DNA from: a virus
IMG/VR virus record: IMGVR_UViG_642555139_000003
DNA length: 64,000 bases
Strand: one strand, 5' to 3'
Part shown: positions 28,854 through 37,067 of the stretch, in pieces
Position numbering within the stretch: the first letter of the stretch is position 1
How the letters are laid out: each line of letters opens with the position of its first letter
Notes under the pieces: generated by a model
What the model was told of the DNA's origin: nothing
Databases searched by the model: none
The model's input: the letters and a program-made list of their open reading frames with translations, nothing else
Position numbers and translations under genes: made by a program

Positions 28854-29783
28854 ATGCTCACGACGTCCGCCGCTCTCGCCGCTCCCGCCCCCGTCGCTGC
28901 CCCGTCGCTGCTCTCCACCCGCGCCATGCTGCGCGGCGTGCGCATCTCGATGTGGGACGGGCGCAAGCATGATCGCGCCATCAGCGACGAGGTGAACCGC
29001 GCCAAGGGCGCCGCCGCCGACGCGGGCCGCTTTAACAAGGCCCTTGTGCCCGCCGAAGCGTTGAAGCCGGTGCAGGCTGCCGCGGGCCGCGTCCGGGCCG
29101 TGCATGCCCGCTACACGCTGCCATGGACGGATAACGGCCTCGACATCCTGCCGGCTGCCGCGGTCGTCGACTATGACCGGGAGATGCGGGCCGCCCGCGC
29201 CGAGTTCGAGGCGGCGGCGGACGTGTTCTGCAACATGGTCTTCCCCGGCCTGCTGCTGTCCGCGCCGGCCCGCTTAGGCGACATGTTCCGTGCCTCCGAC
29301 TATCCCGACGCGAGCGAGATCCGCGACCGCTTCAGCATGCGCGTCCGGACGCTGAACATGCCCGACGCGCGCGACTTCCGAGTCGACATGTCGGACGCTC
29401 AGGCCCGCGCGATCCGCGCCGAGCTGGAGGCCGAGTCCCGCGCCGCCCTCGCCGAAGCCATGGAGTCCGCGTGGCAACGCGTGGCGGACGTTTGCGGGCG
29501 CATGGTGGAGAGGCTGAACGCCTACAAGCCGGCGACGATGAAGGGTGAGAAGTCGGAAGGCGTCTTCCGCGACTCCCTGGTCGAAAACGTCCGCGACCTG
29601 GTCGCCGTCCTGCCGGCCTTCAACCTCACGAACGACCCGACGCTTGCGGACGTGTCGGAGCGCATGCGCGCCGAGCTGTGCAAGGCCGATGCAGCGGAGC
29701 TGCGCGACGACGTGGCGCTTCGGGAGCGCACGGCAGCGGCAGCCGCCGAGATCCACGCGATTGCGTCCGACTTCCTCGCCTGA
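28854..29783 (+). CDS. DUF3150-like helical protein (partner of the MoxR/vWA module)
   Basis: TLPWTDNG, RLGDMFRASDYPDASEIRDRF and FRDSLVEN motifs recalled from this family; GGAG SD. Confidence 0.65.
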   Translation: MLTTSAALAAPAPVAAPSLLSTRAMLRGVRISMWDGRKHDRAISDEVNRAKGAAADAGRFNKALVPAEALKPVQAAAGRVRAVHARYTLPWTDNGLDILPAAAVVDYDREMRAARAEFEAAADVFCNMVFPGLLLSAPARLGDMFRASDYPDASEIRDRFSMRVRTLNMPDARDFRVDMSDAQARAIRAELEAESRAALAEAMESAWQRVADVCGRMVERLNAYKPATMKGEKSEGVFRDSLVENVRDLVAVLPAFNLTNDPTLADVSERMRAELCKADAAELRDDVALRERTAAAAAEIHAIASDFLA

Positions 29784-29869
29784 CGCTGCGGCCCCTTGGC
29801 GGCCCGGCGCTGGAGCCGGGCCGCGCGGGGGCCGCATCGGCGGCCCGCTCCCCATGAAAGGCGAAGACT

Positions 29870-30913
29870 ATGAATCTGCATACCGCCCTGTCCGCCCTGT
29901 CCGAAGCGCTCAAGGCCAACATCCCGGTGATGCTCCACGGCGCGCCCGGCATCGGCAAAACCGACGGAATCGAGTCGACCGCTGCCGGCATCAAGCTGCC
30001 CTGCCTCACTGAGGTGCTTGCGACGATGGAAGCCGTCGACCTGCGCGGCCTCCCCTGCATCACGGGCGACTCCGTGTCCTGGTCGAAGCCCGACTTTCTG
30101 GCGCGCCTCGAGCGCATGGGCCCGGAAGGCGTGCTTTTCATCGACGAGGCGAACAGCAATGCGCAGTCGGTGCAAGTCCCGCTCATGCAGCTGGCATGGA
30201 AGCGCCAGATTGGCCCGCATGAGATCCCGACCGGCTGGCGCATCGTCATGGCGGGCAACCGGCAGTCCGATCGCGCCGCCGCGCAGCGCATGGGTACGGC
30301 GCTGGCGAACCGCTTGCTGCACCTCGATATCGATCCGCCCAACTCTCAGGACGACGTGCGCGCATGGGCGAAATGGGCCGCGGGCGCGCAGATTCACCCG
30401 ATGGTAATTGCGTTCATCATGCTCCGCGGCGGCCCGAACGGCGTGCAGGGCGCGCCGGGCTATCAACCCGGCCTGCTCTTCGACTTCCGGCCGGACGACG
30501 CGAACGCCCGCGCCTTCCCGACCCCGCGCGCATGGTCTCAGGTGTCCAAGATCGCGGATGCGCCCGACGCGGTGCGGCTGCACCTGGTCGCCGGCCTCGT
30601 CGGTGAAAAGGCCGCGTGCGAGTTCGAAGGCTTCGTGCAGGTCTACCGTTCCGCTCCGCCGGTGCTGTCCATCATCGCCAACCCGGCCGGCGCGCCCGTC
30701 CCGACACAACCGGGTGTGCAGTACGCTGTTTCGCTGGCGCTGGCACGGGCCGCCAACGCGGGCAACTTCTCTGCGGTGCTTCAGTACGTCCGCCGCGTCG
30801 GGCGTGAGTTCGAGATCGTGACGGCGACCGACGCCATCCGCCGCAACCCGGACCTTACCGATACTTCCGCCTTCATCGATTGGGCGGCCCGCAACAGCGA
30901 TGTGACCATCTGA
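29870..30913 (+). CDS. MoxR-like AAA+ ATPase
   Basis: Walker A GAPGIGKT, Walker B LFIDEAN, AGNR, and PTPRAW. Confidence 0.9.
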   Translation: MNLHTALSALSEALKANIPVMLHGAPGIGKTDGIESTAAGIKLPCLTEVLATMEAVDLRGLPCITGDSVSWSKPDFLARLERMGPEGVLFIDEANSNAQSVQVPLMQLAWKRQIGPHEIPTGWRIVMAGNRQSDRAAAQRMGTALANRLLHLDIDPPNSQDDVRAWAKWAAGAQIHPMVIAFIMLRGGPNGVQGAPGYQPGLLFDFRPDDANARAFPTPRAWSQVSKIADAPDAVRLHLVAGLVGEKAACEFEGFVQVYRSAPPVLSIIANPAGAPVPTQPGVQYAVSLALARAANAGNFSAVLQYVRRVGREFEIVTATDAIRRNPDLTDTSAFIDWAARNSDVTI

Positions 30914-30926
30914 GGGGGGCGGCACC

Positions 30927-32207
30927 ATGCGAGTCCAGGATCTTCCCGCGGCGGCGCGCATCACCCGCGCCCGCTCTCAGCTGGTCACCAATCCGGCTTA
31001 CGCGTTCTTCGGGACGCTGGCGCTTTCACTCCGAATCGTGGAGGCGCCCGACCGCACCGACACGATGGCGGTTGACGGGACGTCGCTGTTCTACGCTCCG
31101 GCCTTCGTCGAGTCCCTGTCCGAAGCTCACCTGCTAGGCGTGGTCGCCCATGAGGTGATGCACCTTGCCACGCTGCATCACGTGCGGCGTGCGGGGCGCG
31201 ATCCGGCGGATTGGAACCGGGCCTGTGATTTCGCCATCAATCCCGGATTGCGCGCCGCGGGCCTGAGCCTGCCGCCCGGCGGATGCGAGTCCGCCGACTT
31301 CGCCGGCATGGGGGCGGAGGCGATTTTCGCCGAGCTGCAGCGGCGCAAGCCTCAGTCTCCGCCGCCCGCTCAGGACGACCAGGACGGCGACCAGGACGAC
31401 AGCGGCGGCCCGGAGGCCGGCGCACGCGGCCCAGACGGCGACCAGGACGCGGACGGCGCCGAGCAAGGCGACCAGCCTGCCGGCGCGGGCGCCGTGTCAC
31501 CCGATCCGGGCGGATGCGGCGGCGTGATTGATGCGCCGACCGATGCGGGCACGATGGCGGAGCAAGCTGCCGAGATGGAGTCTCGCGTCCGGCAGGCTAT
31601 CAGCGTTGCCCGCGCCGCTCAGGCCGGCAACCTGCCGGGCTTTCTCGCCGGCCTCGTCGACCAGCTGAACGCACCGCGGGTGAACTGGCGCGACGAGCTG
31701 GCGGCGTTCATCGACGATGCCGCGACGCGCACCGCGTCATGGGCCCGGCCAAACAAGCGATTCCTTGCCTCCGGGTTTTTCCTTCCCGGCAGCATCGCCG
31801 ATTCAGTGTCCTGCATCGGAGTCGCCGTCGACACGTCCGGCAGCATCTACGGCGCCCCTAAGGTGCTGGAAGCGTTCCGCGACGAGATCCAGGGCATGCT
31901 CGATAGCGGGCGCGTGGAGCGTGTGCACATCGTGCATTGTGACCAGTCGGTGCAAGGCGTGCAGGACTTCGCTGCGGGCGACGTCGTCGACCTGCGGCCC
32001 CTTGGCGGCGGCGGCACGGCGTTCTCTCCGGCCTTCCGACACTTCGCCGAGCAAGCGCCGGACGTGGCTGCAATCGTCTACCTCACCGACCTGGAATGCT
32101 GCGACTTCGGCAGTGAGCCGGACGTGCCGGTTTTATGGGCCGCATGGGGCCGCTACCGCCCGGCGCTGCCGTTCGGACGCCTGATACCGGTTGATCCGCA
32201 CGCCTGA
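30927..32207 (+). CDS. DUF2201-like HExxH metallopeptidase + vWA domain protein
   Basis: HEVMH, MIDAS DTSGS, GGGGT..PAF and YLTD motifs; follows the MoxR gene. Confidence 0.88.
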   Translation: MRVQDLPAAARITRARSQLVTNPAYAFFGTLALSLRIVEAPDRTDTMAVDGTSLFYAPAFVESLSEAHLLGVVAHEVMHLATLHHVRRAGRDPADWNRACDFAINPGLRAAGLSLPPGGCESADFAGMGAEAIFAELQRRKPQSPPPAQDDQDGDQDDSGGPEAGARGPDGDQDADGAEQGDQPAGAGAVSPDPGGCGGVIDAPTDAGTMAEQAAEMESRVRQAISVARAAQAGNLPGFLAGLVDQLNAPRVNWRDELAAFIDDAATRTASWARPNKRFLASGFFLPGSIADSVSCIGVAVDTSGSIYGAPKVLEAFRDEIQGMLDSGRVERVHIVHCDQSVQGVQDFAAGDVVDLRPLGGGGTAFSPAFRHFAEQAPDVAAIVYLTDLECCDFGSEPDVPVLWAAWGRYRPALPFGRLIPVDPHA

Positions 32208-32253
32208 CGCGAGCGGGGGCGATCCGCAGCCCGCTCCGCGTGCGCAGAGACTT

Positions 32254-32298
32254 AACGGGCCGGGCTCATAGTGCAGCCGGCCCGTTTCTAGGCATTTC
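32254..32298 (+). terminator. 10-bp hairpin after the vWA gene; possible intrinsic terminator
   Basis: AACGGGCCGG-N13-CCGGCCCGTT followed by a weakly T-rich tail. Confidence 0.5.
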
Positions 32299-32353
32299 TC
32301 CCATGCCGGGCTGCAGCATGGACGCAGCCGGCACGCAACAGGACGGAGGACGT

Positions 32354-32944
32354 ATGGACGGCATCGGATCGCTGGCGACCATCATGCTCAGCGGCGTGGT
32401 TGCCGCTGTATCAACCTACGCGCTCAACTCATCGAAAGAGCATGTCTTTCACAGACGGACGAAAGCGGAGGAACTCTACAAGGCCTTTGACGGATGGCAG
32501 GCCAGCCTTTTGGATTAGTACATGCGCAGGGAGATGATGATTAAAGGCCAGATGACATATAACGATGTCATCGAAGCTGATCTTAAGGCAGACAAGCACA
32601 ACGGCGAGTGGCGAGACATGCGGATGCTGCTTGGCATCTACTTCCCGCAGCTAGGCCCGGAGTTCGACGGGATTATCCTTCGTCGCACTAACATGAATGC
32701 GGTGCTCCTGAAAATCATGCGAGCCTACCGCGAGCACCCCTCTTTCCCCCACGGGCATGAGCCGGAGAGCCGCCTGTTCAGCAACGAGTTCTCCGCGATC
32801 ATCAAGGAACTGGACGGTTTCCGCGATGCGATCGTGAGAGAGGCCTCGGCCATCGCGAGCGCCGACGCGCTCATGCCGGCATGGATGATCAGGGCGCAGC
32901 AGCAAACGCGAAAAATGTTCAACCGAAAGCCCGTCAGGTCATAA
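32354..32944 (+). pseudogene. Moron-like gene (N-terminal TM + helical domain) with an in-frame TAG at 32516-18
   Basis: ORFs 32354-32518 and 32522-32944 are in the same frame, separated by TAG TAC. GGAGG SD; lower GC. Confidence 0.7.
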
Positions 32945-32951
32945 ACAGGCG

Positions 32952-32984
32952 TTGACGCACCACCGCGTTGACGTTTATCCATCA
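32952..32984 (+). promoter_or_regulatory. Candidate promoter (tandem TTGACG) with a TATCCATCA operator half-site over the -10 region
   Basis: TTGACG at 32952 and 32968; TATCCATCA at 32976-84; the hairpin begins at 32991. Confidence 0.5.
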
Positions 32985-33035
32985 ATACCGGACGCGCATT
33001 GGCGTGTCTCGGCCAACCCGATGAAAGGACTTCAC

Positions 33036-34190
33036 ATGATCCGCAACGTCTCCGCCGACCTGTTCCGCATCGTTGCCGCGTACCGTTCCACCGACGATTC
33101 CCGGTTCTATCTGCAAGGCGTTTACGTGCAGCCCCATCCCTGCGGCGGGGCCTACCTCGTGGCGACGGACGGGCACCGCATGCTCGTGGTCTACGATGCC
33201 TCCGCCGAGTGCACCGAGGCCGCTATCATCGCGTGCCCGTCCGATCTCCTCCGGGCTGCCAAGTCGAAGCCGGTTCGGCAGCGTCGGCGCGGTACCGCCG
33301 CGCAGGACGGCGAGCCGATGGGCCCGCGCATGCTGGCAGTTATCGAAGACCAGGCGATAATTTCCTGCGACGGATTCGAGGTGCATCGCGGCGGTGCGCC
33401 GGCCGTCATCGACGGCACCTTCCCGGACTGGCGCCGGACCGTGCCGACGATCGACGCCGTGCCGGCGGCGGAGCGCTCGCTCTCGCCCGCGTTCGCCCCT
33501 GCCTACCTGGAGGCCTTCGGAGAGACCGGCCGGGCGCTGTCCGAGCACTTCGACACGAGTGCCCCGGTGCGAATCGTCTCCTGCGGACAGAGCGCGGCCC
33601 TCGTGCTCTTCGACAACTGCCGGGAGGCATTCGGCGTGCTGATGCCGATGCGGAGCATGGCCCCGACCGCGCTGCCGGCCTTCCTCGATGCGCGCCCGTT
33701 CGCCGAGCCGCGAGTGCAGGTCTCGCCCGTCGAGCGGTCCAACGTCTACGGGCGCGATAGCGACAGCTGGGGCTTCACCGTCACCACGACCCGATCGGAG
33801 CTGCACTTACCGGAGGCGCGGCAGTTCGCGTTCTCCACTGAGGCCGCGGCCAAGCGCGCTTACATGGCGCTCCGGAAGAAGCTGGCGAAGCGCGGCGTCC
33901 GCGCGCTGCCGGAGAAGTACCGCCCGGCGATCGCACTCGGCGACGCGTACCTCGAGGCGCTGAAGGAGCGGGCCGCGGCCATCGCGGATGCACGCGAAGC
34001 CTTCCAGGCGGTGGAAGACGTGGAGCTGGAGGCGCCGTGGCGCCGGGCCATGGTCGTGCGCAGCATGGCGCCACTGCCGGCATGGGAATCGCCCGTGATC
34101 GTCGCTGCTGCGACCGAGGCCGCGTTCCGCCGCCTGCCGGCGCGGTCCGAGGCCGCCGCCCTCGCCAACGTCTACCGTCTAGCCGCCTGA
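33036..34190 (+). CDS. DNA polymerase III beta-clamp-like protein with C-terminal extension
   Basis: RFYLQGVY, ATDGHRM and GTFPDWRRTVP match DnaN middle-domain motifs. Confidence 0.75.
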   Translation: MIRNVSADLFRIVAAYRSTDDSRFYLQGVYVQPHPCGGAYLVATDGHRMLVVYDASAECTEAAIIACPSDLLRAAKSKPVRQRRRGTAAQDGEPMGPRMLAVIEDQAIISCDGFEVHRGGAPAVIDGTFPDWRRTVPTIDAVPAAERSLSPAFAPAYLEAFGETGRALSEHFDTSAPVRIVSCGQSAALVLFDNCREAFGVLMPMRSMAPTALPAFLDARPFAEPRVQVSPVERSNVYGRDSDSWGFTVTTTRSELHLPEARQFAFSTEAAAKRAYMALRKKLAKRGVRALPEKYRPAIALGDAYLEALKERAAAIADAREAFQAVEDVELEAPWRRAMVVRSMAPLPAWESPVIVAAATEAAFRRLPARSEAAALANVYRLAA

Positions 34191-34246
34191 GGAAGTCGGA
34201 TCGGTCGCGCCCGCCGCTGAGCGGGCGCAGCCGTCCGGTGCGCGCC

Positions 34247-34567
34247 ATGATGCACGACACATTCCCCCACACCCATGATGCGGCTGTCGAGTTCGAGCCG
34301 CTGACCATCGCCATCGACCGTGTGGCCGCCGGCATCGCTCGGACTGCCGCCGACCAGCGCCGGCCCGGCAGCGACTATCTGCGCAACCCGCCGCTGACGA
34401 CCCGAGAACGCGAATGGGCCGCTCGCGCCCGCCTCGCTGCGCGCCTCCTGGAGGTGCTCGCCAACGCCGACGGCGACGACGTGCTCTCGCCCTCGCTCGA
34501 TCCGGCCCTGGTCGCCTTGCGCGCCATCGTGGCCGACGCCGACCGCGCCCCGTCCCCCCGCTGCTGA
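34247..34567 (+). CDS. Hypothetical protein
   Basis: Same-strand ORF filling the operon gap. Confidence 0.55.
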   Translation: MMHDTFPHTHDAAVEFEPLTIAIDRVAAGIARTAADQRRPGSDYLRNPPLTTREREWAARARLAARLLEVLANADGDDVLSPSLDPALVALRAIVADADRAPSPRC

Positions 34568-34592
34568 TCCCCTCCTGCTTGGAGCCACGCCC

Positions 34593-35282
34593 ATGGTCAC
34601 GATCACCGTCACCGAATCCGTGCGCGCTCTCTTGGAGCATGCGTTAGGCCGCTTCATCGGCGGCGCGCAGCCGCCGGCTGCTGTCCTGCTGAGTGTCGCC
34701 GGTCGGACCTATGACGCCGCCACCCTCTCCGACGCCTACAACGCCGTTGCGGCCGCATCCCGCAGCGGCGTTCGCGCCTTCCTGGACCTTTCTACCTCGC
34801 ACCTGCAGGCCTCCACCCGCGAGATGTGGACCGAGAGCTTCGACGCCGAGCACTTCCCGACACCGACCTGGTGCGGCGAGACCGGCTGGCTGCTCTTCGT
34901 GCCGGCGAGCAACGACGCGTGGGACCACGTGTGCGGCTCCGAGCTGCCGGCGATCTTCGATCACGCCCGCGCTGCCGGCGCCGAGTACGTGCGCTTCGAC
35001 GAGGGCGCGCCGGTCGTCGAGGCCCTGCCGATCTTCGAGGATGACGGCGAGCCCGAGAGCGATGCGTTCTGGGATGCTGCGATGGCTGCGGAGGCCGAGC
35101 CCGCTGCACCATTCAGGTTCACGCCTGACGACGACGCATTCATCCAGGCCATGCAGGTCCAGAACTTCGACGCGACACAGATCGCGCGTTTGCTGGCGAA
35201 CCGGACGGGCATGCACTGCAGCCGCACCGACGTCGCCGTCCGCCTCGCTGATCTCGCCACGGCTGAGGCACTCCATGGATAG
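34593..35282 (+). CDS. DUF5983-like protein
   Basis: LDLSTSHL, GWLLFVP and ARAAGAEYVRFDEGAPVVEALPIF motifs. Confidence 0.65.
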   Translation: MVTITVTESVRALLEHALGRFIGGAQPPAAVLLSVAGRTYDAATLSDAYNAVAAASRSGVRAFLDLSTSHLQASTREMWTESFDAEHFPTPTWCGETGWLLFVPASNDAWDHVCGSELPAIFDHARAAGAEYVRFDEGAPVVEALPIFEDDGEPESDAFWDAAMAAEAEPAAPFRFTPDDDAFIQAMQVQNFDATQIARLLANRTGMHCSRTDVAVRLADLATAEALHG

Positions 35283-35395
35283 GGGTTCGATCGCTTCGGG
35301 GCTTGGCATGCCGACCGGGGCCGCCCCATACCCTTCCGCTGCAACTGCGCGCCGGGAGGATCACCAAGAACATGAACGCGGGGAGGCGGCGCACG

Positions 35396-35881
35396 GTGGA
35401 CATTCTGACGACCACGGATCTGAAGGCCCTGCGGCTGCTTCTGGGCCTGTCGCCGGCGGAGGCCGCGGCCATGATCGATGAGCCGAAGGACTGGCTGGTC
35501 GACGCGGAGCGTGGACGCAGCTGGAATATCTCGCCGAAGTACCGCGACTTCCTCCTGCGCATGGAGGAGGTGGTGCAGACCTTCATCGATTGGGTCGAGA
35601 CCACGCCCGGCCGGTTCATCATCGTATACTCTAACGAGGACGTGTTCCGGGACTATGACCCGGTGTGGGCCGCGAAGTTTCCGACGGCGCTGATGCACCT
35701 TCAGGCAGCCTCGCGCGCCGTCTCGACGCTGGGCAACCGGCAGCTCAACATCGTGACGCTCTTCCCGAAGGCCTTCGAGGAGTACCTGCAGCACACCGGC
35801 AAGGCTGACTCGCCGGACGTGCGGCAGAGCTGGGCAGAGGCCTTCAGCGCCAATTACCGAACCATGGGAGCGAAGCGTTGA
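35396..35881 (+). CDS. Aca2/YdiL (DUF1870)-like HTH regulator
   Basis: GTG start after GGAGG. TTTDLKALRLLLGLSPAEAAAMI...AERG and IIVYSNEDVFRDYDP..HLQAASRA resemble the Aca2/YdiL pattern. Confidence 0.65.
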   Translation: MDILTTTDLKALRLLLGLSPAEAAAMIDEPKDWLVDAERGRSWNISPKYRDFLLRMEEVVQTFIDWVETTPGRFIIVYSNEDVFRDYDPVWAAKFPTALMHLQAASRAVSTLGNRQLNIVTLFPKAFEEYLQHTGKADSPDVRQSWAEAFSANYRTMGAKR

Positions 35882-36309
35882 GCGCGATCGGCGAGCTGTG
35901 GTCCGGTCTCGGCAAGGCGGTACAGGGGAAGGCCGGCGCTCGCGCGCCGGTCCCCACCCTGCGGTATTTCGAAGATCCGACCGTCGCACAGACCGCGGCC
36001 GACGAGGCGCATCGGCTGTGGCTCCGGATCGCGCAGAAGGTCCAGGGCGGCGTCTGGTTCTACCAGGCGCGCGAGCAGGTGCTCGCCGAGGAGATCCCGG
36101 ACATCGGCAAGGCCTACGGCCGACCGGTGGCCTCACGGGTCGAGAAGGCGGTGCAGCGGATGGAGCCGTGCGACCTGCCGGCAGCGGCGACGGCGGCGGT
36201 GCGCGCAGGCAACCAGGCAGCGGCGCGGAGCTTCCTGCGGGCGCGGGACGGGCGGGTGAGCCTCATCAACCGGCTGAGCCTTGCGTGGTTCGGCCGGCAC
36301 TTTTGGTGA
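35878..36309 (+). CDS. Hypothetical protein
   Basis: Overlaps the previous stop (TTGA); last gene of the operon. Confidence 0.6.
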   Translation: MSAIGELWSGLGKAVQGKAGARAPVPTLRYFEDPTVAQTAADEAHRLWLRIAQKVQGGVWFYQAREQVLAEEIPDIGKAYGRPVASRVEKAVQRMEPCDLPAAATAAVRAGNQAAARSFLRARDGRVSLINRLSLAWFGRHFW

Positions 36310-36324
36310 GCGGCAGCCGCTCAC

Positions 36325-36693
36325 CTACCGTGCGCAGCTGCTGATCTCTTTCCATGTCCGCTCAGCGTAATAGTCGTCGCCGAGCAGGGACCAAGCGGAC
36401 TTGATCGTCACGCTGGTGCCCTTGCCGGCCCGCCGCACGTCCATGTCGACGAAGCGGTTCGTCGCGGAGCTGACGAGGCCGACGGCCGTCTCTTCCATCA
36501 CGATCTTGATGGTGTCGGCGCCGCGCAGATCGGTGAGCCGCACCATCGAAGGATAGGCCTGATCCAGCACCTGGAACGCGCAGGCGGCGAACTGCGCATG
36601 GTCGGCGGCGATCTGCCGGGTGAAGGTGGCGCTGGCCGGCGCGGCTGACGCGACGAGGCCGAGGGCGATGCAGAGCGGTAGGCCGATCCTCAT
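36325..36693 (-). CDS. Secreted protein (signal peptide, two distal Cys)
   Basis: MRIGLPLCIALGLVASAAPASA signal peptide. Confidence 0.7.
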   Translation of the reverse strand: MRIGLPLCIALGLVASAAPASATFTRQIAADHAQFAACAFQVLDQAYPSMVRLTDLRGADTIKIVMEETAVGLVSSATNRFVDMDVRRAGKGTSVTIKSAWSLLGDDYYAERTWKEISSCAR

Positions 36694-36758
36694 GCATCAT
36701 CCTGACCACGGCTCAGGCTGCGTTGGCAAGCCGCCGGCGCTCGCCCATGATGGCCGGC

Positions 36759-37067
36759 ATGCGCCGAATCCTCATCTCTCTCCCGCTGCTCCTGCTCTCG
36801 CTCAGCTCCGCCAGCGCCGAGCAGATGAAGCCGGAGGTGTGCGACAAGCTTCGAGACGCCTTGTACGCTGTGGTCAAAGCCGTGGACGGCTCGATCAAGA
36901 TGGCTGAGTCGCTGGAGCTGCGTGACAGGCGCGAAGATGTCGGGCCGAAGACGCGGGCAGCTCTGGAGCAGATGACAGCCACCCGCCTACGGTTTCAGGC
37001 CAGCCTCTTCGAATACAAAGCCGCTTCGCGCGCCGCTGCCGAACAGATCGCGTCGTGCTCAGAGTGA
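36759..37067 (+). CDS. Secreted protein (signal peptide, Cys near both ends)
   Basis: MRRILISLPLLLLSLSSASA signal peptide; divergent from the previous gene. Confidence 0.7.
   Translation: MRRILISLPLLLLSLSSASAEQMKPEVCDKLRDALYAVVKAVDGSIKMAESLELRDRREDVGPKTRAALEQMTATRLRFQASLFEYKAASRAAAEQIASCSE

Larger units (their letters stand above)
27873..33008 (+). repeat. Dispersed 5'-UTR hairpin motif (GC-rich 7-9 bp stem, GC-ATYG-GC), six copies
   Basis: Copies at 27873-94, 28179-98, 28590-609, 28812-33, 29829-46 and 32991-33008. Loops are 38, 35, 35, 33, 34 and 38 nt upstream of the ATGs at 27920, 28222, 28633, 28854, 29870 and 33036. Confidence 0.85.

Noticed and set aside
32516-32518. Pyrrolysine or genetic-code reassignment of TAG
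   Set aside because: No pyl genes or suppressor tRNA seen, and other genes here end normally at TAG.
27873-33008. Hairpin repeats as a CRISPR array, integron attC sites or N4-type RNA polymerase promoters
   Set aside because: Spacing is irregular and gene-sized, stems vary in sequence, there are no attC R/L boxes, and no cas, integron integrase or phage RNAP gene is in the window.
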